Virus record (IMG/VR): IMGVR_UViG_3300018414_000007 | Location: 1 to 64,000 of that record | From: a virus | Length of the DNA stretch: 64,000 bases | Reading direction: 5' to 3' (one strand) | Program-made: the position numbers and the translations under genes | Notes under the pieces: generated by a model | Database searches by the model: none | What the model saw: only the letters and a program-made list of their open reading frames with translations | Told to the model about the DNA's origin: nothing | Shown: one piece after another, positions 38,210 to 46,911 of the stretch | How positions within the stretch are numbered: position 1 is the stretch's first letter | How the letters are laid out: the number at the start of each line of letters is the position of its first letter

Positions 38210-39853
38210 ATGCAAATAAGAAATAAAAAAAGAAAGGCATTAGAAGCAGAAATACAAAGAGAAAAAGACCCCAACTTTAACCCTGTAGAACATATAGTAG
38301 TAAACTCATTAGAGTATATTTTTGGTAAAGATCCTTCTGAATGGGGGATTTTATGTAAACCAATTGAAACTGTAGTTTCATATATGTGGGAAGAAAAGAA
38401 AAGAAAGCCTTTACATAAAAGGTTAAAACCTAAAAAGAATTTTCCTACTAATAGTCCTTCTACTAGTTTTGAACCAGTAAGCGTAACTTTTAGTTCAGGA
38501 ACATCTACAATAATATCTTCAACACCTAGTTGGGAATTAACAGAATCTTCTGATCAAGAAGAATCAATTGTAGATATTGAATTTGATGGAGAAGAATCTA
38601 CTTCTATTACTGATCATGGTGTAATTACAGCTACTGATGCACAAAAATTTAATTACTATACTCATGATGCTAAGTTGTCAAATCTTAATCTTGGAGAATT
38701 ACAAGAGTATATAAATATATTATATAAGTATATTAATAAAGCTAACCAAAGAATAGAGCATTATAGTAATATAATGTTAACTAGTCCTAATCCTGCAATT
38801 AATGAATTAAGAAACAGTTCAATTTCAAATAGAGACGAACTTCTTAATAAATTAAATCTTATTAAAATCTATATAAGTAATTTTAAAGAAAGTGTTGTTA
38901 AACAACCATTAGAAGAGATAAATAAAAAGGAATCTTTTAATGATAAGATTAAACAGGGATTTAGATCTTTTTATTCAGCTACACTTGGATATCCTACTGT
39001 TATAAAGGGTTATATAATCAATGATAAAATATTTACTAATAATAGTGAATTAGCTTTATATGCAAGTACTAATAAAATACTTTGGGATCTTACAAAAATG
39101 ATTTTAAGGGTTTCAAGATTCAATTATGAAACAAATGAAATTGAAACTAAAACTAAAATTGTTTCATTTAAACCTTTAAGTAAAGTTAAAGAAAGTTTAA
39201 TACTTTCAGTACTACCTTTATTAGTAGATTTTAAAATCTGTTCATTTAAAAATAGTAACAATTTCTTTAATGATAAGATAGATAGAGAAAAGTTTCTTTA
39301 TACTAAAACTCCATTTTGGAAAGTTAAAACAGTTAAATCCTTAATTGGTAAAAACAGATTAAGTAATTCCGTAGTTTCTATTGAAAATCCAGATAAAGGA
39401 GATGAAATTTACTTTTTATTAGGTGATTGTAAAGTAGAAAATAAAGAACTTTGTGGTTATAGTATACCAATGGATAAGACTATAACTATAAATTCTATAG
39501 TAAAAGTAAAGGATAGTAAAATATCTAAATATAATTTAAAACAAGTAACAAATACAGAGGCTGAAGTTATCTCTATTAAACCAAATTCTTCTAGTAAAAA
39601 GATATCTAAGAATTCTAATAATCATAGATTGGATATTATAACTATTAGAAATAGATTTAAAGAGATGAAAGTCTATGCACAAGATCTAAAATTTATTAAA
39701 AACAAATCAATTAAAACAAATGACAGCAGTATTAAAAAAGAAAGTGGTAATAAAGAGCCTTACCACGGAATCTCCAAAGACTGGTTTGAAAGTACAATCC
39801 AAAATATCTACCAAAGTGAGTACATCCAATACACATCCAGTCCAAACTTCTAA
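38210..39853 (+). CDS. large hypothetical protein
   Basis: 547-aa ORF, no recognised motif. Confidence 0.6.
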   Translation: MQIRNKKRKALEAEIQREKDPNFNPVEHIVVNSLEYIFGKDPSEWGILCKPIETVVSYMWEEKKRKPLHKRLKPKKNFPTNSPSTSFEPVSVTFSSGTSTIISSTPSWELTESSDQEESIVDIEFDGEESTSITDHGVITATDAQKFNYYTHDAKLSNLNLGELQEYINILYKYINKANQRIEHYSNIMLTSPNPAINELRNSSISNRDELLNKLNLIKIYISNFKESVVKQPLEEINKKESFNDKIKQGFRSFYSATLGYPTVIKGYIINDKIFTNNSELALYASTNKILWDLTKMILRVSRFNYETNEIETKTKIVSFKPLSKVKESLILSVLPLLVDFKICSFKNSNNFFNDKIDREKFLYTKTPFWKVKTVKSLIGKNRLSNSVVSIENPDKGDEIYFLLGDCKVENKELCGYSIPMDKTITINSIVKVKDSKISKYNLKQVTNTEAEVISIKPNSSSKKISKNSNNHRLDIITIRNRFKEMKVYAQDLKFIKNKSIKTNDSSIKKESGNKEPYHGISKDWFESTIQNIYQSEYIQYTSSPNF

Positions 39854-40664
39854 AATTCCTACTTATCGTCCACAAGTAAGAAGTAGACATCCTTCACATA
39901 ATGGATTAAGGACATTATTAGCTAAATTACCTTTTAAATCTTTAATTAGATTTGGAAGTACTACCGAAGTAAATGATGGTATAAAAAGAGTAGAACTTAA
40001 TTCTCCTGAAGCTATTAGAAAAAGTAGTAATAAACTACTTATGAAACAAAGCTTCTCTGAAGGTAATGTTAAAACAGCAGATTGGACTAATCAAGTTGCT
40101 AATGTACCTGCAATTACAGAAAACTGGAAATATAAGTGTGTAATCAAAAAGCATTTTGGTAGTAGAGGTGAAGGTAATACTTTAGTATCTACTCAAAAGG
40201 AGTTTGATTTGTTTATGAAGGGTAAAAGTGCTTCTGAATATATATTTGAGAGATTCTATAATTATGATAGAGAATACAGACTTCATGTAAATGAAGATGG
40301 TTGTTATTATACTTGTAGAAAAGCATTAAAATCAGATACTCCAGAAAGCTCTAAATGGTTTAAAAATGATAGTAATTGTGTTTGGTATTTAGAAACTAAT
40401 CCAAGCTTTGATAAACCAGTAAATTGGGATAGTGTTGTTAGTCAGAGTGTTAAAGCTCTTAAAGCAGTAGGATTAGACTTTGGAGCAGTTGATTTGAGAA
40501 TTCAATCAGCTAAAGATTCAAAAGGTAGAGTTAGGGAAGATCCTGACTTTATTGTAATTGAAATTAATAGTGCTCCAAGTTTGAATGATAGTGAAAGTAT
40601 TGTATTTGCTAAATACTTAGAAGTACTTCCTACCATGTTAAAGAAAAAGTTTTTAAAAAGTTAA
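39720..40664 (+). CDS. ATP-grasp amide/peptide ligase
   Basis: RSRHPSH, IRFGSTT, KKHFGSRGEG, REYRLHV, GLDFGAVD, IEINSAPS. Confidence 0.88.
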   Translation: MTAVLKKKVVIKSLTTESPKTGLKVQSKISTKVSTSNTHPVQTSKIPTYRPQVRSRHPSHNGLRTLLAKLPFKSLIRFGSTTEVNDGIKRVELNSPEAIRKSSNKLLMKQSFSEGNVKTADWTNQVANVPAITENWKYKCVIKKHFGSRGEGNTLVSTQKEFDLFMKGKSASEYIFERFYNYDREYRLHVNEDGCYYTCRKALKSDTPESSKWFKNDSNCVWYLETNPSFDKPVNWDSVVSQSVKALKAVGLDFGAVDLRIQSAKDSKGRVREDPDFIVIEINSAPSLNDSESIVFAKYLEVLPTMLKKKFLKS

Positions 40665-40676
40665 TATAAAAGAATA

Positions 40677-41489
40677 ATGAATAAACATAAAAATTTTAAA
40701 GTATTTGTAGTAGGATTTAATACTGGCTACGCTAGGTGGATACAAGGTGAACTTGCTAAAAATATGAAAGAGGCTGATGTTGTTCTGTTTACAGGGGGAG
40801 AAGATATTTCTCCCTCTTTATACGGAGAAACAGCTGGAAGACATACATTTCCCTATGATAGACCAAATGGTCAATTACCTTTAAGAGATGAATTTGAGGT
40901 AAGGAATTATAAAGAAGCGTTAGAGTTAGGTAAACCTATGTGGGGTACTTGTAGAGGTGCTCAATTGTTATGTGCTTTAGCTGGTGGTAAATTAGTACAG
41001 GATATGAGTCATCATAGTTCTCATAAATTGTATTTCTATGATAATGAGTATGAGTGTGTAAGTAATACTTTACATCACCAAATGCAATATCCTTACACTA
41101 TGAAAGATGGTGAAGACTATAAAATCTTAGCTCATGCTATAGGTCAGAGCCCTTACTTCTTAGATGGTAATGATAAACCTCTTATTATGCCTGAAACAGT
41201 GAAAAAACAAGGATATGCTAAACCTCTTATTAAAGAACCAGAGTTTGTATATTATCCTAAAATTAAATCTTTAGGTATACAAGGACATCCTGAAATGATG
41301 TCTACTAATAGTGATATGGTTTTAGTATGTCATGCATTTTTAAATCTTTTGATAGAGGATAAGTTAAATGATGCTCTCCTTTTAAATATTCCTGTTAAAT
41401 CTATTATAAGTAGAGCTTGGGATTTTAATTTTACAAAAGAAGAAAATGCATTATTAAATCAAATTAAAGAAGTCCCTATCGAGGTATAA
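40677..41489 (+). CDS. class I glutamine amidotransferase-like / peptidase C26 (gamma-glutamyl hydrolase)
   Basis: FTGGEDISP, GTCRGAQ nucleophile, HHQ, GIQGHPE. Confidence 0.9.
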   Translation: MNKHKNFKVFVVGFNTGYARWIQGELAKNMKEADVVLFTGGEDISPSLYGETAGRHTFPYDRPNGQLPLRDEFEVRNYKEALELGKPMWGTCRGAQLLCALAGGKLVQDMSHHSSHKLYFYDNEYECVSNTLHHQMQYPYTMKDGEDYKILAHAIGQSPYFLDGNDKPLIMPETVKKQGYAKPLIKEPEFVYYPKIKSLGIQGHPEMMSTNSDMVLVCHAFLNLLIEDKLNDALLLNIPVKSIISRAWDFNFTKEENALLNQIKEVPIEV

Positions 41490-41490
41490 A

Positions 41491-42120
41491 ATGAAAGAAG
41501 TAACAATAGATAATATATTAGAGATTTTAAAAGAAGATATAGCAGGTTTAACTGAAGATAATAGAGAATCTACTATAGAAAAAATACAGTCTTATTTAAT
41601 TAAATTTAGTTTCTTAACAAAAATTCCAAATATATTATTTGTTTATGGAAGCTTAAGAAAAGGAGAATTTAATTTTAAAAAGATTCAAGAAACTTTTGGG
41701 GAAAATAGTATAATACATCTTTATCCTACAAGAGCAGATTATATGACTCTTTATGATTTAGGTGATTATCCTGTAATGATGAAGGCTAAAGGAACTTATC
41801 ATACATTTGGTGAATTAGTTTACTGTACTGATGAAGTAGTTGAAGTTATTAAACAAATGGAGTTAGAAGCAGGTTATCTATATGATACTTGTAATATATG
41901 GATTGAAAATAATAATAATCCATCTACAAAATATAGATTAATAAGTGTTCCTACTTATGTAGCAGGACCTCGCCTTAAAGATAAAATTTTCTTAAATCCA
42001 AGTACATATCCAAGAATTACTTGTGGAGACTGGAAAAAGTATTTAAAATCTGTAGAAATAGAAGATACAAGAACTGATTTAGAAAAATTGCAAGAATCTT
42101 ATTTTGGTTATTGCTACTAA
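41491..42120 (+). CDS. gamma-glutamyl cyclotransferase (GGCT/AIG2-like)
   Basis: LFVYGSLRKG, LYDLGDYP, GELVY, ME..GY, GDW. Confidence 0.85.
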   Translation: MKEVTIDNILEILKEDIAGLTEDNRESTIEKIQSYLIKFSFLTKIPNILFVYGSLRKGEFNFKKIQETFGENSIIHLYPTRADYMTLYDLGDYPVMMKAKGTYHTFGELVYCTDEVVEVIKQMELEAGYLYDTCNIWIENNNNPSTKYRLISVPTYVAGPRLKDKIFLNPSTYPRITCGDWKKYLKSVEIEDTRTDLEKLQESYFGYCY

Positions 42121-42135
42121 ATTAAATATATATAA

Positions 42136-42975
42136 ATGAAAATAAAAATTGATAATTGGAAAATAGGTTCTGATCCAGAAGTTTTCCTTCATAATAAAAG
42201 TACAAAAGAAGTAGTATCTGCAATTCCCTTTATTCCGGGAGATAAACATGATCCATACCAAATACCTACATTACCAGAGGGTCATATGATTCAAACTGAT
42301 AATATAATGGTAGAGTATTGTTTACCTCCTACAAGTGATTATAGGGCTTTAATTAAGTCTTTTAGAGACTGTATAGCATATACTAATAATACTATACCAA
42401 GTGAATTAGAAGTGGTTGTTAAAGCTTCTGCAAATGTAAGTGAACAATACTTACAAGATGAACAAGCTAAAAGATTTGGATGTGATCCAGATTTTAATGC
42501 TTGGACAGATGATTTAAACAATCCTCCTAATAGTGATACTAATCTTAGAACTTGTGGTGGTCATATCCATATTGGCTATGATAATCCAGACTATGAACTT
42601 TCAAAGAAATTAATTAAAGCGTTAGATATATTTTTAGGTGTTCCATCTATTCTTTTAGATCCTGATAAAGATAGAAAGAAAATGTATGGTAAAGCTGGTG
42701 CACATAGGTTAAAAACTTATGGTGTAGAATATAGAGGTTTATCTAATTTCTGGTTGGCAGAAGAAGAATTAACTCAGTTAGTATTTAATGGAGTTAGAAT
42801 GGCCATTGCTATGATTAATAGTTCTGAATCTTACTTAGATAAGATGAGTGATACATTACAGTTAAAGATTCAAACTTGTATTAATACAGGAGACGAAGAG
42901 TTAGCTCAACAACTTGTACATCAACTTAGTTTATCTAGTTTATTGGCTGGTTCTACTAAAGTATATATTGACTAA
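42136..42975 (+). CDS. phiEco32-type COOH-NH2 ligase (type 2)
   Basis: IGSDPEVF, DNIMVEY, FGCDPDFNAW, LRTCGGHIHIG, RKKMYGKAG..R...YGVEYR.LSNFW. Confidence 0.9.
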   Translation: MKIKIDNWKIGSDPEVFLHNKSTKEVVSAIPFIPGDKHDPYQIPTLPEGHMIQTDNIMVEYCLPPTSDYRALIKSFRDCIAYTNNTIPSELEVVVKASANVSEQYLQDEQAKRFGCDPDFNAWTDDLNNPPNSDTNLRTCGGHIHIGYDNPDYELSKKLIKALDIFLGVPSILLDPDKDRKKMYGKAGAHRLKTYGVEYRGLSNFWLAEEELTQLVFNGVRMAIAMINSSESYLDKMSDTLQLKIQTCINTGDEELAQQLVHQLSLSSLLAGSTKVYID

Positions 42976-43090
42976 TTAAAGAAACTTAAGAGTAGTGATA
43001 GCCTTGAGTTCGCTTTAGTTACTAATTTATTGGTAGCCTCCGGCTATCCTACTTTTAAATTAAATAAAACAAATATGTGTGGATTAATAT

Positions 43091-43121
43091 TTTGATGTGT
43101 GGATTATATTCACTATCTTTG
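43091..43121 (+). promoter_or_regulatory. Bacteroidota-type promoter for HNH gene
   Basis: TTTG-N19-TATCTTTG, 5 nt before ATG 43127. Confidence 0.75.
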
Positions 43122-43126
43122 TATTA

Positions 43127-43657
43127 ATGAAAATATGTAAAAAATGTAATGTTGAAAAATCTCTAGGAGAGTTTCACAAAGATAAAAGAACTAAGGATGG
43201 ATTATATAAATGGTGTAAATCTTGTAAAAAAGAGTATGATTTAATATACAGAAAAACAGATAAAATTCAAAATTTATATAAGTCTAAAGAGTATAGAAAT
43301 AGAAAAAAGGAATATAAAAAATGGAGAGATATGACTGATCCAAGAGAACAACTTTTAATATCTGCTAAAGCTAGGGCTAAAAAGTATAATATACCTTTTA
43401 ATTTAACTATAGATGATATAGAATTAAGAGCTTATTGCCCTTTATTGGAAATTAAATTAGAAAGAAAACAATATGGAAAGGTGGGTTCATTTAATCCAAA
43501 TTCCCCTTCTTTAGATAGAATAATTCCTAGTTTAGGTTATGTAAAAGGAAATATAGAGGTAATTTCAATGAAAGCAAATATAATGAAAAATAACGCAAGT
43601 ATAGAAGAATTAAAAACATTTGCGAATAATATATTAAGGTGGTATGATTATGATTAA
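43127..43657 (+). CDS. homing-endonuclease-like protein (Zn finger plus HNH-like)
   Basis: CKKC..CKSC; CPLL..SPSLDRI.PSLGYVKGNIEVIS.KANIMKN. Confidence 0.85.
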   Translation: MKICKKCNVEKSLGEFHKDKRTKDGLYKWCKSCKKEYDLIYRKTDKIQNLYKSKEYRNRKKEYKKWRDMTDPREQLLISAKARAKKYNIPFNLTIDDIELRAYCPLLEIKLERKQYGKVGSFNPNSPSLDRIIPSLGYVKGNIEVISMKANIMKNNASIEELKTFANNILRWYDYD

Positions 43658-45248
43658 AATAATATTAATATTAGCATTTATAAATTATTTGCTATACTTC
43701 CTTAATGGAAGAAAAAAGACTAATTTAGCTCTTTGTGGCTTAATTGGTTACTCTGGACAAGAGAACTATAATATAGACAAAATAAGGTTTCTAATGCTAT
43801 GGAATAGTGTAGAAAGAGGTAAAGATGCTACAGGCATATATACCCCCTCAACAGGACTTATAAAAGATAATGAACCTGCTGGTAAGTTTCTATTTCAAAG
43901 TCATTTTAAAAAATTAGTTGATGATAATCAATTAATAGCTCATGTAAGAGCTAAAACAATTGGAGCAAATTTAGTTAAAAACGCTCATCCATTTGATGAA
44001 GAGAATATTGTATTAGCTCATAATGGTACTTTAGTTGACTATGTAGCGTTAGCATCCAAATATGATATGAAAGCTCTTAATTGGGATGTAGATTCTCAAG
44101 TATTATCTTTTGGTATTAATAGAGCATTTAATGCTGAAACTACTTTAGATAACTTAAATATTGAAACTTTAAGTGAATATAAAGGTGCTGCTGCTTTACT
44201 ATTTTATAGTAAAAACTTAGATATGATATTTGTATTTAAGGATAAAGAGAGACCTTTATTTTATGGGTATGATCTTGATGGAGGAATGTATATGTCTTCT
44301 ATTGAAGAGTCATTAAAAGCTGCAGGATTATTTGAAATTAAAGCGTTTACTGATAATACTTTGTATGCTATTGATCATGGTGAAATTGTAAAGACTTGGG
44401 TTTATAAAACCTATGCTGAACTTAATAAAACAGCTTATGTTGGTAAAGTTCGAGGGAGGGAACCAGGTCAGAGATTCCCAAAGTTAAAAAAAGGGGAAAG
44501 AGGAATAGACATCACAAATGGAACCACTAAAGCATATTGGTTCTTAGATATGTGGCTATATTCTAATACCCAAACATGGAATCATCAAAGAGGAATCTAT
44601 GGTAAGTTTGCTGAAATGAAAACTGGAAGGTTTTATTTAGTAACTGGATTCTATGCTGAAGATATAATGTTTGTTCAGGTAAAAGATGAGAATGGAAATG
44701 ATGGAATGGCAGCCTTAAGTTCATTTGATATAGATAGGTGTATTCCTCAACCTGAACAGTTATTTAGAATAACGGCTCCCCTTGTTGCTAAAAAGACAAA
44801 ACAAAAACTTTGGGAAAAAGGACAAATAGTTGAATTGATGAGTTATGATATAACAGAAGGATCAGTTTCTTTCTGGTCTGATTCAGAAAATGCAGAATAC
44901 GAAATTCCTATGAAGTGTTGTAAACCATTAACACCTCAAGAAGTTATAGATTTCTGCTTAGAAACAGAAGATCCTAAAGATAAAGGAACTAAAGAACCAT
45001 TACTTATTCAACCCGCTCCTGAACCATCACCTTTTATAGAAAATACACCTGAGCCTGAACCTTTAGGAGATTTCATATCAACTCCAGTATTCTTGGGAGC
45101 TTTGGAATTAATTGAAAGTGGATTAGGTAAATTAGAAGAAAAGTATGATGAAAATGGAGATTTAACCCCAGAAATTAATGCTATACGTATGGACATCACA
45201 AATTGCAAAGATAAGACATATCTTGACAACTTACTGGTACATAATTAA
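43650..45248 (+). CDS. class II (Ntn) glutamine amidotransferase-like protein with N-terminal hydrophobic extension
   Basis: CGLIG, RGKDATG, AHVRAKT, NAHPF, AHNGTL, VDSQ, RPL. Confidence 0.85.
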   Translation: MIKIILILAFINYLLYFLNGRKKTNLALCGLIGYSGQENYNIDKIRFLMLWNSVERGKDATGIYTPSTGLIKDNEPAGKFLFQSHFKKLVDDNQLIAHVRAKTIGANLVKNAHPFDEENIVLAHNGTLVDYVALASKYDMKALNWDVDSQVLSFGINRAFNAETTLDNLNIETLSEYKGAAALLFYSKNLDMIFVFKDKERPLFYGYDLDGGMYMSSIEESLKAAGLFEIKAFTDNTLYAIDHGEIVKTWVYKTYAELNKTAYVGKVRGREPGQRFPKLKKGERGIDITNGTTKAYWFLDMWLYSNTQTWNHQRGIYGKFAEMKTGRFYLVTGFYAEDIMFVQVKDENGNDGMAALSSFDIDRCIPQPEQLFRITAPLVAKKTKQKLWEKGQIVELMSYDITEGSVSFWSDSENAEYEIPMKCCKPLTPQEVIDFCLETEDPKDKGTKEPLLIQPAPEPSPFIENTPEPEPLGDFISTPVFLGALELIESGLGKLEEKYDENGDLTPEINAIRMDITNCKDKTYLDNLLVHN

Positions 45249-45258
45249 AGAATATATA

Positions 45259-46911
45259 ATGTTAGAAGAGATAAAAACAAAAGAAGAATTAAAAAACAAA
45301 AAAGATTTTCTTTTAAAGAACCCATTTCATCCTAATAAGTTTATATACGCCGAAGAAGGAGAATCTCCTAAAGAGATTGTAATAATTAATGGAAGAGGAT
45401 ATGATGTAGATAAAAGTAATTTATCAGAAGATTTTTACCATCCTGGGTATTTCTTTTTGGCTGGAACAGGAGCAATGCTTGCGTTTGTTACTGCTACTAA
45501 AGCTAGAAGAGTGTTTGATCCAGAAAACCCTGAAACCTGGTGTCAAATAGTTTCTGAGTACAAACCTTCTAAAGAAAGGTATAAGAACGTTGAAACATCT
45601 GATTATGAAACTTATAATGCTTCTCTTAAAAAGATTATTTCACAAGCTTATGGTGAATTAAAACCAGTATCTAATACAGAAGAGGAGTTATTAAACTTAA
45701 GTTTTGTAAAAGGAACTGTTAATCCTGATTTTTGGTTTCCTTTACAAGAAAAACAACATTTAGACAAGATGTTACCTTATAAAAAGTTTGAAAATATATA
45801 TCACAAGGTTGATATAAATGATCTTGAGCATCAAATGAGATCTCAAGGATACCCAGAAGAAGAAATAAAGAAAAGAATAACAGAAGCTTTACAAAAGAAT
45901 ATTTTGTATGGTGTTGACTCTTTAACTTACACAGCTTTTGAAGGAATAAGATTTACATTTGGTGTTGAAATTGAGACTTGTATTGGAAGACTTGATGATG
46001 ATCAAATTAAATTTTTAAATGTTAAAGCAGTTCATGATGGTTCTCTAAGAGATAAAAATGGTAATACTCCTGGTGGAGAATATGTTACTGGTGTATTAAC
46101 TGGAGATGCTGGATTGACTCAATTAAGTGACTTATGTAGAGCTTTGTCTTCTAAATGTAGAGTAAATGCTCAGTGTGGAGTTCACGTTCATGCAGGAAGT
46201 TTAAATTGGAATAGAGAAGATATTGTTTATTCTTATATTTTAGCAGAAATGTTAGAAGATGAGTTATTTATGATGCTTCCTAAATCAAGAAGAAGTAATA
46301 CTTACTGTAGAAGATTAACTGAACTTACTTTAGATAAAGTTCCTTTGTTAAAAACAGCAGTTAGATCTGAATATAATATTCTTATAGATACAATCTATAA
46401 TGATATTTTGAAAGAAGTAACTCAAGTTAAAAATAAAGGTAAAATATATTCTGGAGTAGAAGAAGGAGTAGAAGAACCAATAATTGCTAGTGGGATTTAT
46501 AACAGAGAAAAGCAACATCCAAATGGAGCTAAATGTGGTTATGATAAATCTGCACAAAGATATTGTTGGTTAAACTATGTTACTCTTATGTATAATACTA
46601 AAGGGGGTAAAAATAGTAACACTTTAGAGATTAGAAGTCATAGTGCTACAATGAATTTCAAAAAGATAAAGAATTGGATTAAGATTTTCTTTGCTTTTTG
46701 TAAGTATGTAGAAACTAGTAAATCTAAGATTAGAAAAGGAAATGTAACTCTTGCTCATGTAATTAAAAAGGCATATCCTAAAACTGGAGATAAACTTCTT
46801 AAGTATATTGAAGAAAGAAAACAAGTGTTTAATTCTCATGATGAGTCTGTAGATTATGTAGAAATCTCAGAAGAAAGAAAGACTATAAAGGAGATAGTAG
46901 CAGCAGAATAA
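45259..46911 (+). CDS. putative amidoligase (glutamine-synthetase-fold COOH-NH2 ligase)
   Basis: FGVEIET, HDGSL, GGEYVT, CGVHVH, SRRSNTYC, RY.WLN, TLEIRSH. Confidence 0.88.
   Translation: MLEEIKTKEELKNKKDFLLKNPFHPNKFIYAEEGESPKEIVIINGRGYDVDKSNLSEDFYHPGYFFLAGTGAMLAFVTATKARRVFDPENPETWCQIVSEYKPSKERYKNVETSDYETYNASLKKIISQAYGELKPVSNTEEELLNLSFVKGTVNPDFWFPLQEKQHLDKMLPYKKFENIYHKVDINDLEHQMRSQGYPEEEIKKRITEALQKNILYGVDSLTYTAFEGIRFTFGVEIETCIGRLDDDQIKFLNVKAVHDGSLRDKNGNTPGGEYVTGVLTGDAGLTQLSDLCRALSSKCRVNAQCGVHVHAGSLNWNREDIVYSYILAEMLEDELFMMLPKSRRSNTYCRRLTELTLDKVPLLKTAVRSEYNILIDTIYNDILKEVTQVKNKGKIYSGVEEGVEEPIIASGIYNREKQHPNGAKCGYDKSAQRYCWLNYVTLMYNTKGGKNSNTLEIRSHSATMNFKKIKNWIKIFFAFCKYVETSKSKIRKGNVTLAHVIKKAYPKTGDKLLKYIEERKQVFNSHDESVDYVEISEERKTIKEIVAAE

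Noticed and set aside
43075-43734. Group I intron carrying the HNH gene within the GATase gene
   Set aside because: Under 130 nt of non-HNH sequence is available for a ribozyme core, no P7-like motifs were seen, and no frame-restoring junction has exon-terminal U and intron-terminal G
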